Notes: generated from the letters alone by a model not told the origin. DNA of 62,922 bases, filler included, from Sanchytrium tribonematis (GCA_018985235.1; 17 parts of 17 records of this genome joined end to end with filler, not necessarily neighbours in it); one strand, 5' to 3'; counted from the whole stretch's first letter, positions 32,496 through 43,415 are shown. Program-made: numbers and translations.

Positions 32496-33614
32496 TTATT
32501 TTATTTCGACACCGCTATCAAATTCACCTACTGCACTGCTGCTTGGAGGTCTTTTGACTCTTTTACGTCTCTCAACAAATTCAAAAGACCTTTTCCTTTC
32601 ATTTAAAACACGATCTGTTAATCTAGTAGGACTATCTTTGATTCCAAAAGATTTAGCAAGGTGCCCATAGTGAAGGCTTTTCACACTAAAAATATTTTTG
32701 CTAGTGTGAGAAGCATAAGCTCTCATAAAAGACATATATGCGTTTGCCGCGGAATTATAATAATCTTTATCACTAGCCACAAAATTTTCCAATTTTTTCT
32801 GATTAGCGTCTACGTAGTCTCCTTTTGGAATAATTGTGCTGTGCTGTATTTCGACTATTTTCAATCCTTTGTTTTGAATATACTCCAAAAAGTTTGTTTC
32901 ATGCTCTTGTATCATGATAATTGCACTACCCTTTCTATCAAGTCTAGCAGTACGACCCACTCTATGAACATAGCTTTGAATATCAGTAGGTGGATCCATT
33001 TGCAAAATCCAATCCACTCCTCGGAATTCAAGGCCTCTGGAACTGACATCAGTTGTGATTAAAATCCCCATCGGCGCCTTTAAAAAATTCAAGTATGAAG
33101 ACGATCGCTCCTTTTGCGGCATTTCACCATGTAGAGCATAAACCATATTTTTCCCACTGTCAAGCAGATGCAAAATCGAGCTTTTATAAAAATCAACCAT
33201 TTTACATGTTGATACAAAAACGACTAATTTCTTATTATAACCGGACCCATCAGATGCACCGGATAATTCCGACATCCAACCAATTCTAGGCTTCTCAGAC
33301 AAAATATTTTCAGATATTGACAACAGAAGAATAAACCTTAGGCTTGCAGGACAAATGCAATATGCCTGACTCAGTTGGGCAGGTGCTTCATATTCGCCAG
33401 AGCAGGTGATTCTCATAGGATTTGCGAAATTGATATTCACCAGTCGTTCTACCATCTCAGGCATCGTTGCTGAAAATAACCAAGTTCTCCAGTTAGAGTC
33501 AACAGCAGATTTTGATTTATGCTCCATAATGAGGTCAAATATGTTATAAATAGTTTTTTCAAATCCAAGTTCCATTAGTCTATCGGCTTCATCACACACG
33601 AGACACTCTAATTT
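32496..33614 (-). CDS. DEAD-box RNA helicase, Dbp7/DDX31-like (partial)
   Basis: DEADRLMELGF, SAT, YVHRVGRTAR, FMRAYASH...LHYGHLAKSFG. Confidence 0.88.
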   Translation of the reverse strand, partial: KLECLVCDEADRLMELGFEKTIYNIFDLIMEHKSKSAVDSNWRTWLFSATMPEMVERLVNINFANPMRITCSGEYEAPAQLSQAYCICPASLRFILLLSISENILSEKPRIGWMSELSGASDGSGYNKKLVVFVSTCKMVDFYKSSILHLLDSGKNMVYALHGEMPQKERSSSYLNFLKAPMGILITTDVSSRGLEFRGVDWILQMDPPTDIQSYVHRVGRTARLDRKGSAIIMIQEHETNFLEYIQNKGLKIVEIQHSTIIPKGDYVDANQKKLENFVASDKDYYNSAANAYMSFMRAYASHTSKNIFSVKSLHYGHLAKSFGIKDSPTRLTDRVLNERKRSFEFVERRKRVKRPPSSSAVGEFDSGVEIK

Positions 33615-33716
33615 NNNNNNNNNNNNNNNNNNNNNNNNNNNNNNNNNNNNNNNNNNNNTTAATTAATTAANNNNNNNNNNNNNNNNNNNNNNNNNNNNNN
33701 NNNNNNNNNNNNNNGT

Positions 33717-34079
33717 ATGGCCAATGCACCAGGAACCGGATCATTTCATGTTTGGGCTCGATATCAAGGTCTCGGAAGCGCATTTGCTCTCATTTTAGGC
33801 GGTGCATTACAATACTTTTACCCAATGACCTGGCTCATGTATTACGGAATTATTGTAGGAATAATAGTCGGAATAGTCGAATACCCTATTTATATTGATA
33901 AAATATTAAGAGAATTGTATGGTATGTTTTGGTTAAGAGGAATATTTTACTTATTTTTGAGTGGTGTTTGCTTCTTACAAGTTCCATTATTTCATGGTGG
34001 ATTATTTCTAGTTTGCACCGGCATAACATATCTCGTTGCTCATTTCAGAGGAGATGAATATGCCAAAAAGAAGAAGTAA
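33717..34079 (+). CDS. p22phox/NoxD-like NADPH oxidase small membrane subunit
   Basis: WARYQGLGS..LILGG...GIVEYP...WLRGIFYL...TYLVAHFRGDE parallels the p22phox TM core. Confidence 0.65.
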   Translation: MANAPGTGSFHVWARYQGLGSAFALILGGALQYFYPMTWLMYYGIIVGIIVGIVEYPIYIDKILRELYGMFWLRGIFYLFLSGVCFLQVPLFHGGLFLVCTGITYLVAHFRGDEYAKKKK

Positions 34080-34128
34080 TTTGTCAATAAAGATATTTAA
34101 GTCGACTTTACATCATTGTCCGTGTTAC

Positions 34129-34347
34129 ATGCAATTTTCTGGATTTCCAAAGTTGCAAATTGCTGCCAAACATTTAAAAAACAAAGATCCTGACAAATAC
34201 ATTGAAAGGGTTAATCAAATAGATGCGTATTGTGAAGAATTGATTCAGTATTTGAAAGATCTACCTGGTCAAGACCGCGATATCAAAGAACAACAAGAAT
34301 GGATAGAACAACTAAATGATCAACTTAAAATTTCAAATGAAAGGTAA
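34129..34347 (+). CDS. Small coiled-coil protein, possibly Mediator Med9-like
   Basis: LKDLPGQDRDIKEQQEWIEQL pattern. Confidence 0.35.
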   Translation: MQFSGFPKLQIAAKHLKNKDPDKYIERVNQIDAYCEELIQYLKDLPGQDRDIKEQQEWIEQLNDQLKISNER

Positions 34348-34351
34348 TTTA

Positions 34352-35911
34352 CTAAAAAATAAAGTCAGATTTAAATGCTCCCAGTTCTTTTTCGTCGCAT
34401 TTCGAAGCCAAATCAGTTCGATTCAGCATCAAGCAGGCCATTTTTAAAGTTGACCAGAGCGAGTCGCTTGTTTCCTGGCCTTCTTGAGATTGAATCTTTA
34501 AAGCTTGCAAAACATGTTCAACAGCTTCTCTGTAATTATTGTCGTTAACACAAGCAACTGCTAAATTATATCTGGCTCGGATGAATGAAGGGTGTAAATC
34601 TAATGCCTTAAAGTAAGCATTTCTAGCTTCCCCGAGCCTGTGTGAGTTGGCGTATGTGGCACCCAATTTGTTCCATATTTTATGGTCATCTGGACGAACC
34701 TTTAAAGCATTCGAAAAACATTCTACCGCCTTTTCAAAATCGCTTTTTGAATGCGAAAGAACTCCCATCATCACATTGAGATCAGCATCGATAGGATTTA
34801 ATTCCAGACAATTTTGAAGTCGCTCGGACAAACTTTCATCAACTCGAGACGTTTTAGTGTAGGGAACATCCTTAAATTCGGGATTTAAGTCTAACCAATG
34901 ATTAATCGCATCGTAAGCATCAAGTCTAAAATTTTCATTAGCGTAGACTACAGCAAGTGCTGCATATGCGTCCTTCATAGGTTCTCTCTCAACGCATTTC
35001 CTTAAAGCATAAATTGCATTCAGGTCAGACTCATTCTCATAATGGCGTATACCTAAACAAAACCAAGAAAATGCATCATTCGTTAGCTGAACTGCGGCCT
35101 CTAATGCTTTAATACTTTCATTCATACTAGAATCTACGTCATAAAGTTTTTCGATATAATCAGATTCTGCAGGAGCTTGAACTAGATATTCATTATTTGA
35201 TTTAAATGAATATGGCGGGTAGCGATGTCTTACTTGCTCAAACGTGTACCCATAACCACCATTATCAACATAGCCGTTGTCTGTTAAATAATCCTTTTGA
35301 AGCTCGTTCCAATCCTCATCGGTGACACCCTTTGTCAATTCTTCATTCTGATCTAAATTTTTTTGATATTGCTCCGTCCATTGATCCAAATCAGCTTTAA
35401 CAGTATCAAATCCTTGCTCTAAGGTGGGCTTCATCTCAAAATCCTCAATGTAGTCGCCCTCCTTAAATTCTTTCTTTTGCACAAATTCATTGTCAACTAA
35501 TTCAATTTCTTTGTTTTTGATTTGCTTTACAAACTTTATAAATTCAGTATTATTTAAATATTTGGCGTCTTGAGAATTTAAAATTTCGTTTGCAGCTGAC
35601 CACAAGTTTTCATTCACAACTTGATCTGTTTCTTTTACTTGCATCTGATCTAATTTAGAATCGAGATTGCTCATGACCATTTGATCAATGTTCTCGACTT
35701 TTTGCTGGGTATAAGCGGAATTTTGGGCTACTGCATTTGTATTAAATTGAAGATCCTCTTTACTACTATTGGTAAATGTATTTTTCGGAGTTGATTTGTA
35801 CTTTGCATTAAATTCATGTGTCCAGTTTTCATTTTTGATCTGTGCATTGTTTGAGACATTCGTTAATGCGGGCATTTGTGGCAGATGAATATTGGTGTTT
35901 TTGTCAAACAT
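34352..35911 (-). CDS. PEX5: Peroxisomal PTS1 receptor
   Basis: WxxxF/Y motifs; TPRs with WNKLGATYAN, FIRARYNL, LWSTL. Confidence 0.92.
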   Translation of the reverse strand: MFDKNTNIHLPQMPALTNVSNNAQIKNENWTHEFNAKYKSTPKNTFTNSSKEDLQFNTNAVAQNSAYTQQKVENIDQMVMSNLDSKLDQMQVKETDQVVNENLWSAANEILNSQDAKYLNNTEFIKFVKQIKNKEIELVDNEFVQKKEFKEGDYIEDFEMKPTLEQGFDTVKADLDQWTEQYQKNLDQNEELTKGVTDEDWNELQKDYLTDNGYVDNGGYGYTFEQVRHRYPPYSFKSNNEYLVQAPAESDYIEKLYDVDSSMNESIKALEAAVQLTNDAFSWFCLGIRHYENESDLNAIYALRKCVEREPMKDAYAALAVVYANENFRLDAYDAINHWLDLNPEFKDVPYTKTSRVDESLSERLQNCLELNPIDADLNVMMGVLSHSKSDFEKAVECFSNALKVRPDDHKIWNKLGATYANSHRLGEARNAYFKALDLHPSFIRARYNLAVACVNDNNYREAVEHVLQALKIQSQEGQETSDSLWSTLKMACLMLNRTDLASKCDEKELGAFKSDFIF

Positions 35912-36163
35912 AAATCTTCTAAACAAGGAGCCTTTTAAATCAAATCAAATCAAAAAGAGATTTATTAACATACTGATTCTGATGAATATGTATTCGATCT
36001 CAGGTTTGACTTTACTTTTATATTTTATATTATTTCTCTCTATTTTCTTTTACGGTTTTATATTTTTGTGTATTATATTTTTTTTGTCCCATTTTTTTAT
36101 TTTTGTTTTAAATTGTATTGCTAGTAGAATTTGTCTGCAGAATAGTGATTTTAGTAAATCAAT

Positions 36164-36311
36164 TTATTTTCTTATATGAAAGGCTAAATCTTCTTCAAAA
36201 AAGACAGTGTCATCATTCATCATTTCATATTCTTGTTCTTTAGCTTCGATTGTTACTGTAGAACGATCTGTCAATTTGCCACTGATAATTAATTTGGATA
36301 AAAGAGTTGTG
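36164..36311 (-). CDS. C-terminal fragment, possibly Hsp104/ClpB
   Basis: Hand translation TTLLSKLIISGKLTDRSTVTIE...HIRK*. Confidence 0.35.
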
Positions 36312-36618
36312 NNNNNNNNNNNNNNNNNNNNNNNNNNNNNNNNNNNNNNNNNNNNTTAATTAATTAANNNNNNNNNNNNNNNNNNNNNNNNNNNNNNNNN
36401 NNNNNNNNNNNTAAGAACAAAGATGAGTTGGTCATAAATTTGGATGTCATTGGATACAAAGTGTTCACTGCAGCTAAGGTGGCGAGACATGTGGTTGAAT
36501 AAATTTTTTTGAAATATTGTACGGGCGGGTTATTGGTTAAAAGTCTAATGCTTCAAAAGCCATTGCAAATGGTGCGTCAGTTTCTGATACTAATCTTAAA
36601 AAGCCAAAGAAACCCCAG

Positions 36619-37101
36619 ATGATGAAATATGTGGACGGAAAAATTAACAAACTCGACAAAAAGCTTGCAGACATCACCGGGTATAAATATTTACCTTATT
36701 CGGTAGTTATGAAAAGAGTCTGGGCATATGTTAATGAACATTCTCTTAAAAATGGCAAACTAGTTGTGCCTGACGCTAAACTAACCGCAGCATTTAATCA
36801 GACAGAGCCGTTTGAATTGATGTCAGTTTTGGGCAAAACTGCCAAGGGATTAATGGAAGACATCAAGAGAGAAGAAATTCCAAAACCAGATCTCGACAAG
36901 ACTATGGTTTATCTTCAAGAGCTGCAAGATGAATACCAAATAACCTTTGACAAGAAACGGGCCAAGTATGAAAAAGAATTAGAAATATACAATCAGAAAA
37001 CACAAAATATTGACAAAATGGATGTCGACGCAATTGACGACAACGGTGAAGGAGATTCGTCCAAGAAACAAAACTTGGTCGTTATTTCATCAGAAGAGTA
37101 A
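36619..37101 (+). CDS. SWIB/MDM2-domain protein
   Basis: LADITG...VVMKRVWAYVNEHSL...VPDAKL. Confidence 0.75.
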   Translation: MMKYVDGKINKLDKKLADITGYKYLPYSVVMKRVWAYVNEHSLKNGKLVVPDAKLTAAFNQTEPFELMSVLGKTAKGLMEDIKREEIPKPDLDKTMVYLQELQDEYQITFDKKRAKYEKELEIYNQKTQNIDKMDVDAIDDNGEGDSSKKQNLVVISSEE

Positions 37102-37157
37102 TAAATCCGGTGGATAAATTTTAAGGTGAGTAAAAATCCAAATTCCCCTAGTTAGAA

Positions 37158-39008
37158 ATGGCAACTTTTGGATTAATGTACCATGTCATCTCCAAATTTT
37201 TTATCATGGTTGTGTCAATTTTCTTTAGAGAGATTAAATCTAGAGGCAGTCATTATATACCAAAGAAAGGCCCTGTTATTTTCTCCATTGCGCCACATCA
37301 TAATCAATTTGTAGATCCTTTCACTGTATTGAAAACGTCAACGAGACCAGTGTCATTTTTGATAGCCAAAGCATCTTTGAGGCGAAAATTGGTTGGTATA
37401 TATGCCAATTGGATGAATTCTATCGGTGTAGAGAGACCACAAGATATCACAAAAAAAGGTGATGGACAAGTTATGATCAGATCCAAGTCATTTAACATTC
37501 TAGATGCCGATGCTGAGTTTCCTCAAGTTCTAGATGATCTAAATACCGAACTTAGAATCAAATTATTCGGATATGACACTGAGTTTACTAAAATGCAATT
37601 AAAAGGTACAATTTTAATTGAGAAAAATTCATTTTGCATTGTTGAAATTATAGACGACAGTACATTACTAGTGGATGCCAAAGTTAGTGACTGGAAGGCA
37701 ATATTTGATAAGCCATTCCATTTCAAATATCAACAGCCTACAAATTATGCTGATATGTACAAAGTTGTCGCAGATCATTTGCATGAAGGAAATTGTCTTG
37801 GAATATTTCCAGAGGGAGGTTCGCATGATAGAAGCGAGCTTCTTCCTATGAAGGCAGGCATTGCGATCATGGCCCTTTCGACATTGGTGGAGTATCCAAA
37901 TTGTGGACTTAAGATTGTGCCTTGTGGCTTAAGTTATTTCCATGCAGATAGATTCCGCTCCCGGGCAGTTGTTGAATTTGGACCACCATTTGAAGTCCCC
38001 GAAGAGCTAGTCGAGATGTACAAGACTGGGGGAAGTCAAAAAAGGGAGGCTTGTGGAAAATTGTTAGAAATGATTGTGACAGGGGTTCGCAATGTAACGG
38101 TTACTGCCCCAGATTATCAGACATTAGAAGTTTTACAGGTAAGTTTACAAAGAAAGATGAAAACTATACTTAATACAGAGTGATTCACCATGATGTTTTA
38201 ATTGTCATAGTTACTCTGACTTTTCATATCTAACGTAGGCAGTACGAAGAATGTACAAACCGCTTAACAAAAAGCTAACTATGGTACAAAAGCTGGAACT
38301 AACCCGGCGTCTAATGAAAGGTTATGTTGCAAATCGCAGTGATACCAGGATTCAATCCCTAGAGGTTGCCGTTTTAGACTATAACAAAAGTTTGAGCTAC
38401 TATGGTTTGCGTGACCACCAAGTGGAGAAGACCGCAATCTCTCGCCATGATGCGATATATTTATTAGTAGTCAGAATTGTATTATTGTTGACTTATGTTG
38501 CATTCGCAATTCCTTTTGCCCTACTGAATCTCCCAATTGCTCTTATCGCATCCGTCTTGTCTCAGCGTAAGGCTGCAGAAGCTCTTCGAGGAAGCAGCGT
38601 GAAGCTCGAAGGGCGCGATGTCCTGTCTACTTGGAAAATTTTGTTTGGTTTGGCCCTTCTTGCGGTTTTTTATTCCATATACACTATCGCATATTTTGTT
38701 CTTTTGATTAATTATGATTATGGAGTACTCTACAGTATCAAACATGCTCTCTATTTCTTCATCATGCTACCTTTTGGGACGTATGCTTCCATGCGATTAG
38801 GGGAAACGGGCATCGATATTTACAAATCCCTTAATCCATTATGGTATGTGGTCTTTCCAAATGTATTCTATTATCAACCTACAGAAAGACTAAGAGAGAT
38901 GCGGTCCAATCTAGCCACAAAAATTAATACTGTTATCAATGAGATGGGCCCAGCATTATTTCCAGATTTTCAGGTTTATTTCCTTTCAGACAAGGCACTA
39001 GAAGATGA
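37158..39008 (+). CDS. Glycerol-3-phosphate/DHAP acyltransferase (Sct1/Gpt2-like), 3' partial
   Basis: APHHNQFVD, IFPEGGSHDR, FRSRAVVEFG; intron 38139-38238 (GTAAGT...CTAACGTAG) joins LQ|AVRRMY. Confidence 0.92.
38151..38225 (+). ncRNA. Intronic box C/D snoRNA, snR63/SNORD46-like
   Basis: C-like AGATGA, internal TGATG, guide GTCATAGTTACT directly before D box CTGA (38216-38219); complementary to LSU AGUAACUAUGAC. Confidence 0.85.
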
Positions 39009-39182
39009 NNNNNNNNNNNNNNNNNNNNNNNNNNNNNNNNNNNNNNNNNNNNTTAATTAATTAANNNNNNNNNNNNNNNNNNNNNNNNNNNNNNNNNNNN
39101 NNNNNNNNCCCTCTTTTTAAACAATTTAGATTTTATTTATTCACTAGATCCCTTCATCACATACACTCTTGACCCATCTGGA

Positions 39183-39686
39183 ATGACTGGAAATACTCAA
39201 ATCCAATTAAATTACATAGATCCATGCATGAATCAAATTAAATCACATTTCCCAAAAATGGATTATTTTCATTCTGGCAGCAATCAATTGCAATTAGTAC
39301 TCTGTAATGAGCATGAATGCACTCCAAATCGTTATAATACCGTGCTAGTGAGCCTGATTCACATTATTTATGACAATCGTAAATCCCAAAAAGCAAAATT
39401 CAATTTTTATGAGCGTATTTTGGTGGCTCGTAGTTTAAATGCCCCTCATCACATTTTATTTTATTCTAAACCACTCTATATTAAAACTAATCATCCCAAT
39501 AATCTTATTTATTCTGAGAATCTCAATTTTATGCATCCTAAAGAAAACCCCAATAAATCCATTGGATATTTAAATACACCTGTAATTTATGGACATGGAA
39601 TTGACATGCCTGATTATAATATACCACTATACTCCAAATTTACATTTAAGACGTATTTAATGGATTCTAGACAAAATTGTAAATAA
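39183..39686 (+). CDS. Hypothetical protein (likely 5' partial)
   Basis: ORF only. Confidence 0.4.
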   Translation: MTGNTQIQLNYIDPCMNQIKSHFPKMDYFHSGSNQLQLVLCNEHECTPNRYNTVLVSLIHIIYDNRKSQKAKFNFYERILVARSLNAPHHILFYSKPLYIKTNHPNNLIYSENLNFMHPKENPNKSIGYLNTPVIYGHGIDMPDYNIPLYSKFTFKTYLMDSRQNCK

Positions 39687-39843
39687 ACGTTTTTGCAACG
39701 GAAACTGTTTCCAACAATTGAAGAATAAATATTATCAATGACGCGAATTAGTTATTTATTTTGCTATTACTAATTCCAGATTAGTTCGGAATGACGCGCA
39801 TATTTGAATTCTAAATATTTAAAAGCCACTTTTTGAAACAGAA

Positions 39844-40794
39844 ATGATTTTAATTCCATCTTTGAATGCATCTCAATACTGCTACAATTCAGTTTGCTTT
39901 GATTTTTTCATTAAAAATGATTTAATCACTACTCAATTTACTGTTACTGGTAATAATTGGGCATCTCTTGGAATTGGACCTGGAAATATGGTGGGTGATA
40001 TGATTGTCGTATGGCCATATTTAAACAACATTGTAGTGAGTAATAGAAAAGGAGTGAGTGAAGATTTACCAAAATATGTTGAAAATTCAAAATTAACATT
40101 TTCAAATGGTACCATGACCAATACTGGCTATACGATCAATGTAACACGTCCAATCAATGCAGTAGATGGATTTGATTATTCATTTGCTGATTCTCAATTC
40201 ATGGTGGCATTTGGATCAGCACCCAATTCAAACTCAACAAATGCAGATTTCCCAGAACATCGTGGAAATGCTAAAAATGCATTTTATTTGAATTTATTAA
40301 ATACTGGCACCAATAATAAACAGAATCATGGCATTGTCATGAGTTTAAGTTGGATGATTTTAGTCCCATTTGCTGTTTTAGTTGCTAGATTAAAACATCA
40401 AATTGGTAAATATTGGTTCCATTTTCACAGATTAATCAACTTCTGTGTATTCGCATTGAGTTTATATGGCTTAATTGCCATTTGGATCAGTAGAAATGGC
40501 ATTTTCCCATCCAAATTACATGTCATCATTGGTTTCGCATTATTAAGTACCATGGTCATCCAAATTGCACTCGGTTTTTATATTGATAAGAAATACAATG
40601 CCATTTGCACAGAAATCCCAACTAGAGATAAATCCCATTGGTGGATTGGTTATTTCTTGATGTTTGTTGCTGTTATCAATAGTTTACTACAATTTGATAA
40701 AAATGTGACTGCTTATTTATATTACATTTATGGTATTGGTGCATTGTTGATGTGCTGCATTATTGCTACCAAATGGTTGAAATTGAATAAATGA
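39844..40794 (+). CDS. DOMON plus cytochrome b561 membrane protein
   Basis: WASLGIG..M.GDMIVVWP DOMON; HGIVM..SW, WFHFH, HVIIG, HWWIG heme-ligand His pattern. Confidence 0.88.
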   Translation: MILIPSLNASQYCYNSVCFDFFIKNDLITTQFTVTGNNWASLGIGPGNMVGDMIVVWPYLNNIVVSNRKGVSEDLPKYVENSKLTFSNGTMTNTGYTINVTRPINAVDGFDYSFADSQFMVAFGSAPNSNSTNADFPEHRGNAKNAFYLNLLNTGTNNKQNHGIVMSLSWMILVPFAVLVARLKHQIGKYWFHFHRLINFCVFALSLYGLIAIWISRNGIFPSKLHVIIGFALLSTMVIQIALGFYIDKKYNAICTEIPTRDKSHWWIGYFLMFVAVINSLLQFDKNVTAYLYYIYGIGALLMCCIIATKWLKLNK

Positions 40795-41290
40795 AAGATC
40801 AAACGACGGAGATTTTTTTAAATATTTTATTCTTCTTAATTTTCTTAAATACCTAAATCTTATTTTATATCATTTATAATCTTATTGCTTGCACCTGTAA
40901 ACGAATAAAATGTCCCTGTACCATGCATTAATCCCAACGCATATATTTTATAGTGAATTGAATTACGCACAGCCGTATAAGTCGTATACCCCTCTATTTC
41001 ATTTTTGTCCATTTTAATTACCTTGTTTTTATAAAGGACAGGTGGCGATGTTGCTGGCTCAAATCCATTTGCATAAAATACAAAATCCTCTTTTTTCAGT
41101 TGTCTTTGTTTAAAGTCATCTACAGTCAAAATATCAATTGGCTGATAATGAAATGGTCTTGTAGCATATCTAATATCGTCTAATTTTCGCTTTACCAAGT
41201 AAAAGCACTTGTGATTACGAAATTTCTTTTGCAATTTTTGAATTATCAGTTTCGCAGTATCGCCTTCACCAACAATAGGAGAATTCGAAA

Positions 41291-41703
41291 ATGCTTCATG
41301 AAGATTCGAGCAATTCTGAGAAAGAGCGTAAAAAGATATCTAACAATGATTTGAATACAGGAATGAAACTGAGAAAGAGAAATACTATGTCCTATGCTGA
41401 ATTGGTGTCATTAGACGGGGTGAAAAATGTTACAAGTGCTAAAAAATTATGTCCAATTCCTGATTTAGGTGTCCCTGAAGCTGCAGAAGGTCTTTTAAAC
41501 ACTGTTTGGGCAAAATATGATTTGTCTATTGATAATGCGGCTAAATTGATTCATTTATTTGCTAAAATGGACAAAGAATGCTTTAAACTGGTCTGCACAA
41601 ATAGTTGTCATAACTGCCCTTGCTTGATTGAAATGAAACCACTTGGACATGATGTGTATCACTTAGGATGTACCGGACCATATTCCATGCCAATCAATGT
41701 CAA
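41291..41703 (+). CDS. Hypothetical protein (3' partial)
   Basis: ORF only. Confidence 0.4.
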
Positions 41704-41808
41704 NNNNNNNNNNNNNNNNNNNNNNNNNNNNNNNNNNNNNNNNNNNNTTAATTAATTAANNNNNNNNNNNNNNNNNNNNNNNNNNNNNNNNNNNNNNNNN
41801 NNNCAGAT

Positions 41809-42162
41809 TTATTGAAACAAATAAGCAGAACCATACAACACCAATGAGGCAACACCAACAGCACTTGTGTAAGATGCTGAAGAAGCCGTTGCTTCATTTT
41901 TATCAGGGGATTGACTGGAAGTATTGACTGGGACACCCACTCCGGTGATAAAATCATTTTGACATTGGCTTCTGCACACATCATCATTACAGTCATTGTA
42001 ACATGATAATGTTTTTGAAGCTAATGCGGGATCAGGATATGGAACTCCTAAGCATTTGGCTTGACAATTTACATCTGTGTCAAAACAGCCTGTTAAACAT
42101 TTTTGTTGATCATTATCCAATGTAGCAGTGACATTTGCAGCGTAGATAGTGGTAAAGATCAT
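41809..42162 (-). CDS. Small Cys-rich secreted/GPI-anchored protein
   Basis: CxxxC...CxxxC...VPYP...CxxxC pattern, Ser/Thr stalk, hydrophobic C-terminus. Confidence 0.75.
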   Translation of the reverse strand: MIFTTIYAANVTATLDNDQQKCLTGCFDTDVNCQAKCLGVPYPDPALASKTLSCYNDCNDDVCRSQCQNDFITGVGVPVNTSSQSPDKNEATASSASYTSAVGVASLVLYGSAYLFQ

Positions 42163-42466
42163 TCATAAATGGGTGATCCATTCAATTTAAGTGTTGATAA
42201 ATGAACAAAGTGCCAATCATAGCCTTGAAGTCGTGATTTTAAAATGGATTTCATTCATTTGGGATCGAATCTCATTTCATATGACACAATATGGGTAAAT
42301 GGATACTATTTGCAGCGCTAAATTACATTTAACAAGTGATAAATTCTCATTTTCCTCTATTGGGTTAAAAAACATTTAACAGCTCTGAGAATTATTTTGA
42401 TTGGATCTCATTTATTACTGTTTTGCACAATTCATTATAAAAGAGACCTACGCCATTCTGAATAAA

Positions 42467-42919
42467 ATGATCTTTTCTCTAACATTATCAGCATTAGTCA
42501 CAGAATTGGCATCAGCTTCATCTGATTTAAAATATGAACAATTGGTGATTTCACAAGAAAATGATTTCCAATGCTGTTTATCAAGTGGTAAAGTATATTG
42601 TCGTCCAAAGTCAAGTAAAACGGACTTTTATATGATGTCATTTGAGCAGAAATCGTTTCAAGCACTTTATGTAGAAGAAAGCAATGGTCAAATTTGTGCA
42701 ATTGAAACAAGTAGTACTGAAACAGAATCTGACAACACACACATTGGTATCAGTCAAAATGCAACAACAGTAACAACAACAGGGTCAACTTCGCATGTAA
42801 CCACGACTTACTTTGAAGTTACACGTGTCTGTATTTCTATTGGTAAAACATTTGAGCTTTCAGTTGCAAAAGCACCTGCAAAGAAAGTGGCAGAGGGCAT
42901 TATGAAAACGACTCAATAA
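42467..42919 (+). CDS. Small secreted Cys-containing protein (family member 1)
   Basis: MIFSLTLSAL signal; CCL..GKVYCR...QICAI...CISI. Confidence 0.65.
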   Translation: MIFSLTLSALVTELASASSDLKYEQLVISQENDFQCCLSSGKVYCRPKSSKTDFYMMSFEQKSFQALYVEESNGQICAIETSSTETESDNTHIGISQNATTVTTTGSTSHVTTTYFEVTRVCISIGKTFELSVAKAPAKKVAEGIMKTTQ

Positions 42920-43070
42920 ATCAGGTTTTAAAAATGATATTCAAAAATTGACTTGTCTCGTGCAGCAAGCAGTTGCAAACCAATAATCAAGAAATTAAGA
43001 TCGTTAGATTGGTTTGTAATTCATTTTAAAAGTTCAAGCATATTTAATAGGTCGTATCTCCCTTTTCATT

Positions 43071-43415
43071 ATGATGTTTACTTTCTTAACAATTTCCGCG
43101 TTGGCAACAACTTCAAAACTTGAAAAGCCATTCAAGGATATTATACAATATCAATACGATCCCACGATGGATGTTTGGTGTGTGGTTGCAAAATGGACGA
43201 AGAAGATCTATTGCAGAAATTATTTGCATCCCAAAGAATGGTTTAAAATGCCATTTGATGAGGTAGATTCATTATCAATTATTTCTCCCCAGATTTGTGC
43301 ATTACAACTGTTTAGTGCTGGAAATAAGAATGAATTGCCATCTTATACATCTAAATGTATTACCATTCATGGCAAATTTAATGGTAAAAAGGATGTAGCC
43401 CAAATTCCTAAATAA
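43071..43415 (+). CDS. Small secreted Cys-containing protein (family member 2)
   Basis: Signal peptide; paralog of 43679-44023. Confidence 0.8.
   Translation: MMFTFLTISALATTSKLEKPFKDIIQYQYDPTMDVWCVVAKWTKKIYCRNYLHPKEWFKMPFDEVDSLSIISPQICALQLFSAGNKNELPSYTSKCITIHGKFNGKKDVAQIPK

Noticed and set aside
35892..36179. Hydrophobic 95-aa ORF on +
   Set aside because: Arises from T-rich low-complexity intergenic DNA with a non-ATG start
38974..38994. Possible second GPAT micro-intron (GTTTATTTCCTTTCAG or extended to ...ACAAG)
   Set aside because: The 16-nt version gives an immediate stop, the 21-nt version is in frame and untestable, and the contig ends 14 nt later
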